DNA of 64,000 bases from Candidatus Sulfopaludibacter sp. SbA3 (GCA_945865815.1 CAMBFR010000009.1:689-64688), one strand, 5' to 3'; numbered from the stretch's first letter, positions 28,593-39,894 are shown. Made by a program: numbers and translations. The notes: generated from the letters alone by a model not told the origin.

Positions 28593-29627
28593 CTATGGCG
28601 TTACCTGGCCGGCGGTTTCCAGCATCCGCTGGGCGAGGAAATTCGAAATCTCAGCCCTGTTCCGCACGGTTTCTGAAAACGCGGCTTTCAGTGTCTGGTC
28701 CTTGCGATTGAAGATGACCTGCCGCACATCGGCCTGAACGCGAGGATCGGTGAATTCTTTCTGTCCGCCGGCATCCCTTTCGATCAACTTGACCACGTGG
28801 TATCCAAAGCGGGTTTCCACGACCTGTGGGAAGGTTTCGCCCGCTCTCATGCGTTGAACCACCTGCGTCAGCCTGGGATCAATGCCTTCAAGCGCCTGGA
28901 GAGGCTGGAAACTCAAATCGCCGCCGTTTGGCGCCGAAGTGGGATCTTCGGAGAACTGCTGGGCGACGGTCGCGAACTCGGCGCCTCCCTGAATCTGCCG
29001 AAGAAGGCGCTGGGCCTTCTGCTGTGCTTCGGCGGGCGTCTTGGCGTCGTCGTTTTGAGTATTCTGAACGGCAGGATCCGCAACCGGAGTCACCAGGATG
29101 TGGGCTATGCGATAGCTTTCGGGCAGGTTGAAGCTTGCCTTGTTCTTATCGAAGAAGCTCTTGATTTCGGCTTCCGATACGGAAATCTTCGACGTGATTT
29201 CCTTGTTCACCAGTTTGTCGAGGGTAATCGTCTTGCGAAGCTCGGCCTTGATGTCATCTGCCGTCGTCTTCTGCTGGGTCAGGAGTTCCTGGAACTTCTC
29301 CTCGGTATACTGGGCCTTGAATTCGTTAAACTTCACATCCACTTCGGCGTCTGTGGCGGTCAAACCCGCTTCGGCAGCCATCTCCAGAAGGATCTGGTCA
29401 TTGATCATCTGGCTGAGGAGTTGAAGCTTCAGTTCCTGGACTTCTTCCGGCGCCGGCTGCTGTTCGGCATTGGCGACCCTGGCCGTGAACTGCTTATCCA
29501 GTTCGGCGGTCGTGATGTCTTTTCCGTTTACGCGGGCCACCACGTCGGCTGAAGCTGTTGGCTCGGACCCGCAGGAGGCAGTTACAAACGAGCCGGCGAG
29601 CACCACTAAGATGGTCAAAAGTTTCAC
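28593..29627 (-). CDS. Parvulin-type peptidyl-prolyl isomerase lipoprotein (SurA/PrsA-like)
   Basis: Lipobox TASC, VVARVNG..IT, HILV, F..VAQQFSED..SA.NGGDL, TRFGYHVVK. Confidence 0.9.
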   Translation of the reverse strand: MKLLTILVVLAGSFVTASCGSEPTASADVVARVNGKDITTAELDKQFTARVANAEQQPAPEEVQELKLQLLSQMINDQILLEMAAEAGLTATDAEVDVKFNEFKAQYTEEKFQELLTQQKTTADDIKAELRKTITLDKLVNKEITSKISVSEAEIKSFFDKNKASFNLPESYRIAHILVTPVADPAVQNTQNDDAKTPAEAQQKAQRLLRQIQGGAEFATVAQQFSEDPTSAPNGGDLSFQPLQALEGIDPRLTQVVQRMRAGETFPQVVETRFGYHVVKLIERDAGGQKEFTDPRVQADVRQVIFNRKDQTLKAAFSETVRNRAEISNFLAQRMLETAGQVTP

Positions 29628-29660
29628 TGAAAGCTCCCTTTGGATTGAAGAATAGCCGCC

Positions 29661-29743
29661 ATTCTAGCATAGAGGGAATTCTGGAACTCCCCGGAACTCC
29701 CCCGAATTAGACCGCGTCCCCGGAATTCCCTCTATGTTATACT
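29661..29743. promoter_or_regulatory. Divergent extended -10 promoters at the two ends of a 20-bp inverted repeat
   Basis: TGcTAGAAT (minus, 29661-29669) and TGtTATACT (plus, 29735-29743). Arms at 29665-29684 and 29720-29739. Confidence 0.6.
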
Positions 29744-29775
29744 TCTGGTTCAATTTTTAGGGGGAGAGCGCCTTC

Positions 29776-29964
29776 ATGGCACGTTGCGAAATTTGTAATA
29801 AAGGTCCAATTTACGGCCATCGCGTAAGCCACGCCCATAATCTGACAAAGAGGCGTTGGAATCCAAACCTTCAAAGAGTACGCGTTGTGGTGGGCAAAGC
29901 CCACAAGAGTATGAGGGTTTGCACGAGCTGCATCCGATCGGGCCGAATCACGAAAACATCCTGA
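29776..29964 (+). CDS. rpmB: 50S ribosomal protein bL28 (zinc-ribbon form)
   Basis: MARCEICNK..GHRVSHAHNLTKRRWNPNLQ..VCTSCIRSG; GGAG RBS. Confidence 0.97.
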   Translation: MARCEICNKGPIYGHRVSHAHNLTKRRWNPNLQRVRVVVGKAHKSMRVCTSCIRSGRITKTS

Positions 29965-30069
29965 CATCCTCAAACATTGCCCCTGAATCGCGGCTTTCTA
30001 TACGATTGACCAGGTAGCCGGTCTAAAGCGTGGGATTGAAGCTCGCCGGGCTCGGCGCCAGAGGGTTAA

Positions 30070-32781
30070 ATGGTCGTGAGGGGCCTAATAATAGCGCTGT
30101 TGTTGCCTCTGTTCGCTGAGGCTCAGCAGTACTATGGAACCCGCGTAGCCGGACTGGCCGTTTCGGAAGGTTCATCGGAAGTTCCCCTCCAGCCTATTCA
30201 GTCCTTTCCCCTGAAAGTCGGCGACATCATCACCTCCCCCAACGTACGCGCGGCGATCCAGGCCTTGTACGATACGGGGCTCTTCAGTTTCATCGAGGTC
30301 GATGCCACTCCCGATGACAGCGGCACCCGCATTACCTTCCGGGTTCGGCGCCACTACTTCTTCAGTACCTTCCGCCTTCGGCCCGCGACCTTGCTTGAAC
30401 GATCCATTTCGACCTACTTTCGGCTTCCGGTGGGCGAGAAGTTTTCGAATGCCACCGTCGATCGCCTTGTCCAGGACACTGTCGAGTTGCTGCAGTCTGA
30501 AGGATACTTTGGAGCAAAAGTCTCCCCGGAATCCGAATTCGATGACCGGACCCGCCTCGTCCGCGTGACGTTGAATGCCGAGCCGGGACCAAGGGCCAGG
30601 ATCGGTGCGGTCCGCATACTGGGAGGAGAACAAACATTCTCCCGTGAGGAGCTCCTGGATGCTTTCGACGTCGACACGGGTTCGGTTTTTGTGGCGACGG
30701 GGCTGGAACAAGGCATCGCAGACCTGCGGGCAAAATTCACAGACCTGGGCTTCCTGAACACGCGAGTTGAAGTGCAGCGCAACTACGATTCATCCGCAAA
30801 TGCGATTGACTTGAACGTCAGTGTCGAACCGGGCCCGTTCACCCTTGTGGAAGCCCGTGGCTACGATATATCGACGGACAGGCTGCGCGAACTTGTGCCG
30901 ACTTTCGAGGAAGGCACTGTGGATCCCGACCTTGTGGAGGAGGGCCGGGTGGAAATCGACCGATTCCTTCAACGCGAAGGTTACTTCGAGGCGGCAGTCC
31001 GCTCCGAGCTGATCGAGGCCCCTTTCGATAACGCAACGCAGATTATTTACAGCATCGAGCCCGGCGAGCAGCACCGCATAGAGACGGTAAGAATCGATGG
31101 AAATACCTTTTTCAGCGAGAACGAACTGACGTCGCGAATGCAGATCCGGCCCGCCGCATTCCTCAGCCACGGCGGGTTCGGCACGGACCTGCTGGACCAG
31201 GATGTCCGTGCGATTCAGATCATGTACCGGAATGCCGGCTTCGAAGGTACCGAGGTCTCAGGCCGATTTTCCGAAGAAGAGCACGTGATCAATGTCGTGA
31301 TCGAGATTGACGAAGGCGAGCAGCGCCTGGTGAGCTCGATTACATTCCTTGGAAATACTGTCCTGACGGATGCGGATCTCCGGGAAAATCTGCCGTTGAA
31401 GGAGGGCGGACTTTTCACTCCACTCGTTGTCGAGGAAACGCGTAACGTGCTGACGGGCTATTACTACTCGAAGGGTCATCCGGACGTTCGGATAGAACCG
31501 GCAGTGGAGCCTCCCGAGACCGGGCCAGGAGTGAGGGTCACATTCCGCATCACGGAGGGCAACCATTACCAGATTGGAACGATTCTCGTTTCGGGAAATG
31601 AGGTCACCCAGGACAAGATCATTTTCCGGCACAGTCCGATCTATCCAAACACGCCATATAACCCGGAAGACGTCCTCGACGCCCAGCAACGCCTGTATGC
31701 CACGGGCCTGTTCGCCCGCGTGGACGTGGTCACGCTGGACGAGAATCTGCCGGGAGTGCGAAATCTGCTGATTCAGGTCGAAGAGTCCCGAAGGATCCTC
31801 GTTACGTACGGCTTTGGATTTCAGGAATACGAAGGGGCGCGGGGAACCATCGAGGTTTCGTACAACAACCTGTGGGGACTGGACCGGTCGATCAGCCTGC
31901 GCCTTCGCGGCAGCAGGCGCGAGCAGCGATTTCAGGCAACTTACCGTGAGCCTCAGCTCTTTAACTGGAATCTGGATGGCTTCGCTTCGCTGTTCATCGA
32001 ACGCACGAAACGGCGCTCGTTCGACGCCAACCGGTTCGACTTCTCGATTCAGGCGTTGAAACGATTGTCGCCGCAGCAAAACCTCCTGTTCACGACCAGC
32101 TATCAAACGGTCAATCTCCGCGATGTTCGAGATAATCGGCAGGCCATAAAGATTCCCGAAGAGAACGGCGTGATTCAGATCGCCCGAATTGGAGGTTCCC
32201 TGATTCGCGACCGCCGTGACGATCCCATTAATCCATCGACAGGCAGCTTCAATACAACCACGTTTCAGGTCGCGACGAAGGCACTGGCTTCCGAAGTCAA
32301 TTTCACATCCCTCTTCAACCAATCGACTTTCTATACGCCTGCCGGAATCGGCGTTGTTGCAGCTTCGCTGCGGCTCGGCTGGAATCGGACATTTGGAGGT
32401 ACCGAACGCGTTCCAATAAGCGAACGGTATTTCGCCGGTGGTTCGACGACACTGCGTGGATTCGATCTCGATGAAGCGGGTCCGCAGACCGGCGGAAACG
32501 CAATCGTCATCGGAAACGCCGAATACCGCATTCCACTCACGAAGCTTCCGATTCAGGGGATCGGTGCAGCGGCGTTCTACGACACGGGAAACGTTTTCAA
32601 CAAAATCTCGGATGTGCGATTGACCGGCTTCACACATACGACCGGGTTCGGTCTGCGGTACCAGACTCCACTTGGACCTATCCGGATCGATTTTGGAATT
32701 AACTTGAATCCACAACCGTTGCCAAACGGCATGCGTGAGGAAAGGACGCAAGTGTTTTTCACACTCGGCCATGCGTTTTAG
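30070..32781 (+). CDS. Omp85-family outer membrane protein (BamA/TamA-like) with multiple POTRA domains
   Basis: Signal peptide, repeated POTRA helices (ALYDTGLF, EGYF.A, RLYATGLF), LRGF, TPLGPIRIDFG, C-terminal F. Confidence 0.92.
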   Translation: MVVRGLIIALLLPLFAEAQQYYGTRVAGLAVSEGSSEVPLQPIQSFPLKVGDIITSPNVRAAIQALYDTGLFSFIEVDATPDDSGTRITFRVRRHYFFSTFRLRPATLLERSISTYFRLPVGEKFSNATVDRLVQDTVELLQSEGYFGAKVSPESEFDDRTRLVRVTLNAEPGPRARIGAVRILGGEQTFSREELLDAFDVDTGSVFVATGLEQGIADLRAKFTDLGFLNTRVEVQRNYDSSANAIDLNVSVEPGPFTLVEARGYDISTDRLRELVPTFEEGTVDPDLVEEGRVEIDRFLQREGYFEAAVRSELIEAPFDNATQIIYSIEPGEQHRIETVRIDGNTFFSENELTSRMQIRPAAFLSHGGFGTDLLDQDVRAIQIMYRNAGFEGTEVSGRFSEEEHVINVVIEIDEGEQRLVSSITFLGNTVLTDADLRENLPLKEGGLFTPLVVEETRNVLTGYYYSKGHPDVRIEPAVEPPETGPGVRVTFRITEGNHYQIGTILVSGNEVTQDKIIFRHSPIYPNTPYNPEDVLDAQQRLYATGLFARVDVVTLDENLPGVRNLLIQVEESRRILVTYGFGFQEYEGARGTIEVSYNNLWGLDRSISLRLRGSRREQRFQATYREPQLFNWNLDGFASLFIERTKRRSFDANRFDFSIQALKRLSPQQNLLFTTSYQTVNLRDVRDNRQAIKIPEENGVIQIARIGGSLIRDRRDDPINPSTGSFNTTTFQVATKALASEVNFTSLFNQSTFYTPAGIGVVAASLRLGWNRTFGGTERVPISERYFAGGSTTLRGFDLDEAGPQTGGNAIVIGNAEYRIPLTKLPIQGIGAAAFYDTGNVFNKISDVRLTGFTHTTGFGLRYQTPLGPIRIDFGINLNPQPLPNGMREERTQVFFTLGHAF

Positions 32782-33397
32782 GAAATATATGTCTGACCTT
32801 TGCACGGGGCTGAAACTCCGCGCCCACAGGTTTTTGTGGATCTTTCTCGTTGCATCCGCGCTGCATGCAGAGGTCATTGATCGAATTCTGGCGGTGGTGC
32901 AGAATCGCATTATTACGCTGAGTGATGTGCGGCAGGAGCGAAGCATTCAACTCGCACTGGCCGAAACAGCGACGAAGGACGATGCGGCAATCCTCGAGGA
33001 ACTGATTGACATTTACCTCATCGAAGCGCAAATCGCGCAATTCCCCGGTATCGAAGTTGACGAAGCCGACGTGGAAGCTGAACTGAACAAGATTCCAGAC
33101 AGGAAAGGGATCGCTGTGAATGACCTTCGCCAGGGAATCCGCCGGAGGCTGGAAGCGTCCAGATACTTCGACCTGCGCTTCCGCCAGTTCATCAACACGT
33201 CCGAAGTGGAAATCCAGAAGTATTACGACGAGGTTTTTGCGCCCGAGGCCCGAAGGCGCGGCCTGGATCCGATTCCGCCTTTGCAGGATGTGGCACGGCT
33301 TGCCACAAATAACGTCGTCGAAGAGAAATTGGCTCATGAGATTGAAATCTGGCTCGCAACGGTGAGGCAAGGGAGCGATATTGAGACTTTTGACTAA
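32771..33397 (+). CDS. SurA N-terminal-domain-like periplasmic chaperone
   Basis: Signal peptide, then 'EVIDRILAVVQNRIITLSDV'. Overlaps both neighbours. Start 32771 or 32789. Confidence 0.78.
   Translation: MRFRKYMSDLCTGLKLRAHRFLWIFLVASALHAEVIDRILAVVQNRIITLSDVRQERSIQLALAETATKDDAAILEELIDIYLIEAQIAQFPGIEVDEADVEAELNKIPDRKGIAVNDLRQGIRRRLEASRYFDLRFRQFINTSEVEIQKYYDEVFAPEARRRGLDPIPPLQDVARLATNNVVEEKLAHEIEIWLATVRQGSDIETFD
32802..32829. repeat. REP-like palindrome copy lying within the CDS 5' end
   Basis: gcacggggctgaaactccgcgcccacag, same family as 19258, 19312 and 28546. Confidence 0.75.
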
Positions 33398-36300
33398 GCG
33401 GAGGGTGCTGGGGCTGCTGGCGATCGCCGCGGTGATTGCCATGGGTGTCATCGGAGCTCTCTTTGCTTACATCAACTCGCCGGCTTTCAAGCAAACAGCG
33501 CAGGACTTCGTTGTCCGGGAGATCGGAAGGAGAACAGGCGCCGAGGTCACACTGGACAACTTCGACTGGGCTTTCCGGGATCAGCGCTTCTGGCTGGAAG
33601 GGCTGACTCTTCGCGGCCTGGAGCCGGCAACCGATCCGCCATTGGCCCGCGTTCGGCGCATCGACGTCGGGATTCGCCTCCGCACGCTGCTTCAGAGGCG
33701 GGTGGACCTGTTCGAGCTTTTGATCGCGGAACCCGAAACCCATGTTGTGATTGGACCCGACGGACGAACGAACATTCCCTCGCCGCCTCAGGAAGACGCG
33801 CGCAGGCCGTTCAACTTCCGAATATCGATCGATAACTTCAGGATTACAGACGGCGCCGCGTTTTTGAACGAGCGCCGCGTCAATATCGATCTCGGCCTTG
33901 TTGACCTGGCCTCGGATATCCGTTTCAATGGCGTCACCGAAATCCTTTCCGCGCATCTCCGATATACAGGAAATCTTGATCGAGACGATCGACCATCCAT
34001 TCCCTACGACCTTGACGCCGACCTCGATTACGCTCGAAACACGCTGATGGTCCAGCGCATGGAAATAACGTCGGGCAAGTCGGTGTTCAAGCTGCAGGGC
34101 CGGGTTGACCAGCTGCTGTCCGGTAGTACGGCGGGAAAGCTGGAGTACACGGGCGCAGCCGACATTCCGTTCCTGAATTATTTCTTCACCGAGGAGGAGT
34201 TCGCCGGAACGGCAAGCGCGGTGGGCTCCCTTGAATTCTCCAGCGGTCATTTCCTTACCCGGGGGACAACCGCTGCCGACACCATCGACTTCGAAGGTTG
34301 GCATGCCTCGCAGTTCAAGGCGGATTACTTGTACGAGTATCCGGAGAAGCGGGCGGCTTTCAGTAATCTGCGCGCACAGATCATCGATGGCGCCGTTGAA
34401 GGCGACGTCGTTATCGAAAACCTGCCGGGGCCGTCACGGGTTGTCCTGGACCTCGATTACGCGGGAATCGATGCCGCAAACCTTGCGCGCGCCTATCCGT
34501 GGGATCCGGCTTACCGAATTTTTTCGAGAATGACGGGTACGCTTAATGGCTGGTTTGAGGGCAAGCTTGCCCGCTTCCATTTCGCCGGCAATGCGGCGCT
34601 GAGGGCATACACAGGTGACGCGAGTGGTCTTGTGCCGTTTCCGCTCGAAGGCGCCACCGACTATGAATCAGAACCCGGCCAGGTGCGCGTGTCCAATGCG
34701 GACGTTCGTTTTTACTCGACCGCAGTCAAGGCAGATGGCTTGATCCACGGCGAGAATTCCGACCTGAGAGTGAATGCGACATCCTCGAACCTGAGGGAGA
34801 TCGCGTTTCTCTATGGCGATGCCAATGGGGCCGGGTCCTTCGATGGGACTTTGACCGGTCGAATCAAAACACCCATCCTGAATGGCGCGTTCACCCTCGA
34901 CAACCACGTTTTCAAGGGAGAGTGGCGAATTCAACGGGCCGAAGGAAATGTCAGGCTGGATACCGCTGCAGAGATCGCAGATCTTACAAACGCCCGTTTG
35001 GACCAGGGCCAGTCCCGGTTGGTGATTAATGGCACCGCTGCTCTCGATGGCTCCCCCGTCGATCTGCGTGTCCAGGCGACGCGCGCGCTGGGTGAGGATT
35101 TCACTCAGTTTGTAGATCAAAAGATGGGCGGCACATTCAGCGGCGCGGTGCGTGTCACATCCCTGGATCCGGTGCAGGTGGAAGGTGACGTCCAAATCGA
35201 CGACTTTCTGATCGACGACCGATTGATCGGCGACAGTCGGGCCCACATTCGATATTACGAACCTGTTGCCGATCTGACCCAGGTCTCCATCAGGAAAAAC
35301 GAAGCCAGCCTGGATGGGAACATCACATACAACCGGGCCATTGAAACATTGAAGTTTGCGGTCGATGCGAAATCCGTCGATCTTTACAACTTCAAGGATG
35401 CGGGGCTGCCTGAGTCCGTTCGGGGCGTTATTCGGCAGGCACAAATGCGCGGTGACGGGACGCGGCTGAGCCCGAATATCCGGGGCCAGGCCGTAATCGA
35501 AAACCTGGCCGTGTTCGGCGAGGAGTTTCCGCAGGTGAGCATTGGGCTGGCCTCCACCGGCTCAACGCTGAACGTTACAGTCGACGCGGCGCGGAACCTG
35601 AAGATGGCCGCCGATATTGATACCGCCTCAACTGGCTATCCCTTTAAATCGACGGCGACATTCGCCGCATATTCGCTGGATCACATAGCCAGTATTCCGG
35701 AAGGAACGTTTATGGTTTCCGGCAGCGCTGCCATCTCGGGCCTTCTGAGCGATCCGGGAAGCCTGAAGGGCGATGGCAGAATCGAATCGGCCGAAGCCCG
35801 TGTCGAACAGCGCGCCCTGCGCACGAAAGCTCCCTTCCTGGTTGATTTCGACACTAACGGGGTCCGGGTATCCGGGGTGACGTTTACCGGCGAAGGCACT
35901 GAGATCAGCCTGGTGGGCACAATCGGGTTCACTGCCGGCGCGTCACTCGGCCTCGACGTGAGCGGCCGGCTGGATCTTGGGCTCTTTGCTGCGGCGTATC
36001 CGGACTGGTTCTCCAGCGGAAGCGTCAATGTCGAAGGACGCATGAGCGGTACAGCGCAGAATCCGGACCTGCGCGGTGTGGCTCGGTTTTCAAATGGCGC
36101 GTTCGGCCGCCGTGGTTTTTTCACCAGCCTGTCGGGCTTATCCGGCGACCTCTTCTTCGATCAGAATCGCGTCACGGTGAACAATCTGGCGGGCCGGATC
36201 GGGGGCGGCGAGGTTCGAGCCCAGGGAGCCGCGGTTCTGGGTCAGAGGCAAATCAGCTCCATGAATATCCGCATTGAAATGGATGATGTGCGCATGAGAT

Positions 36301-37226
36301 ACCCCGAAGGGCTGCGCACGGTAGTTGACGGCGCGGTTGTTCTCCAGGGAACAGCGGAGTCGCCGCTGGTTCAAGGCAATTTGCAGATTCAGAACCTCTC
36401 CTATCAAAGCGATTTCGACGAGTTCCTTCAACTGTTTCGGGAAGCTGTACTGGATCAAACCGTGTCACCGCTGGGAAGACTTCGGCTGGCGCTGCATGTA
36501 GAGGGGAACCGGAATATTTCGATCCGGAATGAATTGGCCGATGTTGAGGCGCAGCTGAACCTCGACATAACAGGGACGGCGGACAATCCCGCATTGACCG
36601 GTCACATAGAAGCCAGCGGCGGGACGTTGCTGTTCCAGGGCACAAGGTATGAGATCACGCGAGGCAACATTGATTTCGTCGATCCCCTTCGAATCGAGCC
36701 GGTCGTGGATATCCAGGCGGAGACCGAACTGCGCGACTATCGCGTGATACTGGCCATCAGCGGCCGCGGGGAGAGGCTGCGTCTGGATATGCGGTCGGAT
36801 CCTCCCTTGCCGCAACTCGAAATCGTTAGCCTCATTGCCGGGGGCCGGACACGCGAAGAGCTGGCGGCGCGGCCGGGTGGGGGAGCTGTTCCGACCAGCG
36901 AGCAGCTATTCCAGGGAGGCGCGGCGTCCATTTTGTTCGATCTGCTGCAGTCCCGGGTCGGAAACCGGCTCGGCTTGCTCGGACTCGACCGGGTGCGCAT
37001 CGATCCGTTTCTCGTTGGCGCTGAGAATAATCCTGTAGCGCGGCTCACCATTTCCGAGCAGCTCACGAAAGACCTGTCCATCACTTACTCGCAGGACCTG
37101 TCTTCTAATCGACAGCAGATCATCCAGGTCGAATACTTCGTTTCGAGGAATACTTCCGTTGTGGCTTCGCGCGATGAATTAGGTTCACTGGGTCTTGATC
37201 TGAAGTTCAGAACCAGGTTCAGGTAA
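33381..37226 (+). CDS. tamB: TamB/AsmA-like translocation-assembly protein (DUF490-type C-terminus)
   Basis: N-terminal TM anchor, long beta-rich body, '[13 protein letters not shown]' and C-terminal '[11 protein letters not shown]'. Adjacent to an Omp85 gene. Confidence 0.88.
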   Translation: MRLLTKRRVLGLLAIAAVIAMGVIGALFAYINSPAFKQTAQDFVVREIGRRTGAEVTLDNFDWAFRDQRFWLEGLTLRGLEPATDPPLARVRRIDVGIRLRTLLQRRVDLFELLIAEPETHVVIGPDGRTNIPSPPQEDARRPFNFRISIDNFRITDGAAFLNERRVNIDLGLVDLASDIRFNGVTEILSAHLRYTGNLDRDDRPSIPYDLDADLDYARNTLMVQRMEITSGKSVFKLQGRVDQLLSGSTAGKLEYTGAADIPFLNYFFTEEEFAGTASAVGSLEFSSGHFLTRGTTAADTIDFEGWHASQFKADYLYEYPEKRAAFSNLRAQIIDGAVEGDVVIENLPGPSRVVLDLDYAGIDAANLARAYPWDPAYRIFSRMTGTLNGWFEGKLARFHFAGNAALRAYTGDASGLVPFPLEGATDYESEPGQVRVSNADVRFYSTAVKADGLIHGENSDLRVNATSSNLREIAFLYGDANGAGSFDGTLTGRIKTPILNGAFTLDNHVFKGEWRIQRAEGNVRLDTAAEIADLTNARLDQGQSRLVINGTAALDGSPVDLRVQATRALGEDFTQFVDQKMGGTFSGAVRVTSLDPVQVEGDVQIDDFLIDDRLIGDSRAHIRYYEPVADLTQVSIRKNEASLDGNITYNRAIETLKFAVDAKSVDLYNFKDAGLPESVRGVIRQAQMRGDGTRLSPNIRGQAVIENLAVFGEEFPQVSIGLASTGSTLNVTVDAARNLKMAADIDTASTGYPFKSTATFAAYSLDHIASIPEGTFMVSGSAAISGLLSDPGSLKGDGRIESAEARVEQRALRTKAPFLVDFDTNGVRVSGVTFTGEGTEISLVGTIGFTAGASLGLDVSGRLDLGLFAAAYPDWFSSGSVNVEGRMSGTAQNPDLRGVARFSNGAFGRRGFFTSLSGLSGDLFFDQNRVTVNNLAGRIGGGEVRAQGAAVLGQRQISSMNIRIEMDDVRMRYPEGLRTVVDGAVVLQGTAESPLVQGNLQIQNLSYQSDFDEFLQLFREAVLDQTVSPLGRLRLALHVEGNRNISIRNELADVEAQLNLDITGTADNPALTGHIEASGGTLLFQGTRYEITRGNIDFVDPLRIEPVVDIQAETELRDYRVILAISGRGERLRLDMRSDPPLPQLEIVSLIAGGRTREELAARPGGGAVPTSEQLFQGGAASILFDLLQSRVGNRLGLLGLDRVRIDPFLVGAENNPVARLTISEQLTKDLSITYSQDLSSNRQQIIQVEYFVSRNTSVVASRDELGSLGLDLKFRTRFR

Positions 37227-37605
37227 CTATCGCGATGCAGTCGATCTCTACCGAAACGTCGCGGGGGAGGCGGGCCACTTCCACCGTTGCGCGGGCGGGC
37301 GGCAACGCCTGGAAAAATTCGGCGTAAGCCGCGTTCATTTCCGCGAACTCGTTCATGTCTTTCAGATAAACCGTCGTCTTGACGACGTTCTTGAGAGATG
37401 CGCCGCCAGCCTGAAGAATCCCTTGAATGTTTTGGAGAACACGGCGGGTTTGCGCTTGAATGCCCTTGTCCTCGATGATCTGGCCGTTGGATGGATCGAT
37501 CGGAATCTGGCCGGAAACGAAAATAAGATTGCCTGCGCGGATAGCTTGCGAATAAGGACCGATCGCAGACGGGCCGAGCGATGTGCTGATTGCGGTGTGG
37601 CTCAT
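37219..37605 (-). CDS. ridA: RidA-family enamine deaminase
   Basis: [34 protein letters not shown]. Confidence 0.93.
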   Translation of the reverse strand: MSHTAISTSLGPSAIGPYSQAIRAGNLIFVSGQIPIDPSNGQIIEDKGIQAQTRRVLQNIQGILQAGGASLKNVVKTTVYLKDMNEFAEMNAAYAEFFQALPPARATVEVARLPRDVSVEIDCIAIVT

Positions 37606-37617
37606 AATGGGCTCCGG

Positions 37618-39795
37618 TTACTTCGATGTGTTAACTGCTCTGCTTGAACGGGTGACGTCGTAAACGCCCGCGAGTTTTTTCAATGAAGCGACAACGCGTT
37701 CCAGATGCTTCATGTCCGGGATCTCGACGGTAAGATCGATAGTGCCTCGTTCATCCGCCGTTCGGGCCTCGACGTTGAGGATGTTCGATCGAATCTCCGA
37801 GATCACCGTCGCGATTTCGGCGAGCATCCCGGGCCGATCTTCCGTAACGATCGTCAATGGCACGGCGTAGGCTTCGGCATCGGGAACGGTACCGGCCCAT
37901 TCGACTTCGATCTTGCGGTCGGCATCGTACAGGAGATTCTGGACATTCGGGCAATTCTTGGAGTGCACAGCCACGCCCTTGCCCCGTGTGATGTAGCCGA
38001 TGATCTCTTCGCCCCGAATGGGACTGCAGCACTTTGCGCGGTAGACAAGCAGGTCGTCGAATCCCTTGACCTGCAGCTTTGCGTCGGTACCGAACCCAAG
38101 CACTCTCTTGACGACCGACGTAATTCTGGACTCCTCCCGGGATGAGGGCTCCTTGAGGCCGTCAGGGGACAATCGGGCCAGGATGGTCTTTGCAGAGATC
38201 TTGCCGTATCCGATGTGGGAGAGCAGGTCGTCAACCTTGCCGGCTGCGTACTCCGGCAGCAGATCATTCAGCTTGTCACTCTCGAGGAGGTCGCGCGCGT
38301 TCATCTTGTATTTCCGCGCTTCCTTTTCCATCATCTTGCGGCCGAGTTCGATTGCCCTTTCGCCCTCCTGCTCGTTCAGCCAATGCCGGATTTTGTTACG
38401 AGCCCTGGAGGTCCTCACGAAAGAGAGCCAGTCGCGGCTTGGTGTGTGACCGGACTGTGTGGTGATCTCGATCGTGTCGCCGTTCTTGAGCTTGCTCTTC
38501 AGCGGCGCCATCCGGCCATTAATCTTGGCGCCGACACAGGTATTCCCGACCTCGGTATGGATGGCGTAGGCGAAATCCACCGGCGTGGCATCCCGGGGCA
38601 ACGTAATGACCTGGCCCTTGGGCGTGAAGGCATACACTTCCTCGGGATAGAGATCGATCTTCAGCGTGCTGAGAAAATCCGCAGGATCTTTCATTTCCTG
38701 CTGCCATTCCACGAGGTGGCGCAGCCATGCAATCCGCTGATCCTCGCGATCGTCAGCGATGAGTTTGCCGCCCTTGTATTTCCAGTGCGCCGCGATGCCT
38801 TCCTCAGCCACATTGTGCATCTCGCCTGTGCGGATCTGGACCTCAAACGGCTGACCCTTGGCAATAACCGACGTGTGCAGCGATTGGTACATGTTGGGCC
38901 GCGGCATCGCGATGAAATCTTTGATACGGCCGGGAACGGGACGCCAGATGGTGTGAATCACGCCAAGCGCCGAATAACAGTTCTTCACGTTGTCTGTGAT
39001 TATGCGAATGGCGAGCAGGTCGTACACACGATCGAAGGCTATCCGCTGCTTCCTGAGCTTCTCGTGAATTGAATAAAGCCGCTTGACCCGCGACTCCGTG
39101 TAGGCCGGAATGCCCTGCTCCTTGAGCTTTTCCTCTACGGTCCTGGTGACGTCGGCAAGAAACGTTTCATGGGCCTTGCGATTACGTTCGACAAGGTCCT
39201 TCAGCTCCTGGTACGCCTTCGGATCAAGATAGCTGAAGGATAAATCTTCGAGCTCCCCGCGGATCTTGCCCATGCCGAGCCTGTTGGCAAGCGGGGCGTA
39301 GATATCCATGGTCTCGCGCGCTATCGCTTCACGGCGGTCGGCGGGAAGGTACGTCAAGGTCCGCATGTTGTGAAGACGGTCGGCAAACTTCACCATGATG
39401 ACGCGAATGTCGTCCGTCATCGCCAGGAGCATCTTGCGGAAGTTCTCAGCCTGCTTTTCTTCCTTGGAGGTGAAATGGATCTGGCTGATCTTGGTGACGC
39501 CGTCAACAATGTGAGCGGCATCCTTCCCAAAGAGATCGTCGATTTTTTCGAGCGTGGTCAGTGTGTCTTCGACGACATCGTGGAGCAGCCCGACGCTGAC
39601 GGTCAGGGCGTCCATTTTCATTTCGGCAAGAATGTTGCCGACTTCAAGAGGGTGAGTCAAATAAGGCTCGCCGGAAGCCCGCACCTGACCCTTGTGCTCC
39701 TTGGCGGAGAAGATGTAGGCGCGTCGAATGAGATCCAGGTTGTCGCCCGGATGATGCTTTTCGACCTTAGCGAGTATGTCTTCTAGGCGGATCAT
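37618..39795 (-). CDS. relA: Bifunctional (p)ppGpp synthetase/hydrolase (Rel/SpoT)
   Basis: HD domain (R.SGEPY..HP, LLHDVVEDT), ADRLHNMRT, YQSLHT, EVQIRT, TGS, CC and ACT domains. Confidence 0.96.
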   Translation of the reverse strand: MIRLEDILAKVEKHHPGDNLDLIRRAYIFSAKEHKGQVRASGEPYLTHPLEVGNILAEMKMDALTVSVGLLHDVVEDTLTTLEKIDDLFGKDAAHIVDGVTKISQIHFTSKEEKQAENFRKMLLAMTDDIRVIMVKFADRLHNMRTLTYLPADRREAIARETMDIYAPLANRLGMGKIRGELEDLSFSYLDPKAYQELKDLVERNRKAHETFLADVTRTVEEKLKEQGIPAYTESRVKRLYSIHEKLRKQRIAFDRVYDLLAIRIITDNVKNCYSALGVIHTIWRPVPGRIKDFIAMPRPNMYQSLHTSVIAKGQPFEVQIRTGEMHNVAEEGIAAHWKYKGGKLIADDREDQRIAWLRHLVEWQQEMKDPADFLSTLKIDLYPEEVYAFTPKGQVITLPRDATPVDFAYAIHTEVGNTCVGAKINGRMAPLKSKLKNGDTIEITTQSGHTPSRDWLSFVRTSRARNKIRHWLNEQEGERAIELGRKMMEKEARKYKMNARDLLESDKLNDLLPEYAAGKVDDLLSHIGYGKISAKTILARLSPDGLKEPSSREESRITSVVKRVLGFGTDAKLQVKGFDDLLVYRAKCCSPIRGEEIIGYITRGKGVAVHSKNCPNVQNLLYDADRKIEVEWAGTVPDAEAYAVPLTIVTEDRPGMLAEIATVISEIRSNILNVEARTADERGTIDLTVEIPDMKHLERVVASLKKLAGVYDVTRSSRAVNTSK

Positions 39796-39812
39796 CTACT
39801 GTAGAATATATG

Positions 39813-39878
39813 AAAAAAGCCGCGAACACCGCGAACAACGCCAGATTTGTCGGCGTTATTTGCGGCGTCCGCGGCTTT
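39813..39878 (-). terminator. Long imperfect hairpin with U-tract after the tonB operon
   Basis: aaagccgcg..aacgcc pairs with ggcgtt..cgcggcttt; U6 on the minus strand. Confidence 0.65.
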
Positions 39879-39894
39879 AAGGTTCTATTCGAGC

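Noticed and set aside
31258..32946. 562-aa minus-strand ORF
   Set aside because: Antisense shadow of the Omp85 gene; no motifs; expected in GC-rich DNA.
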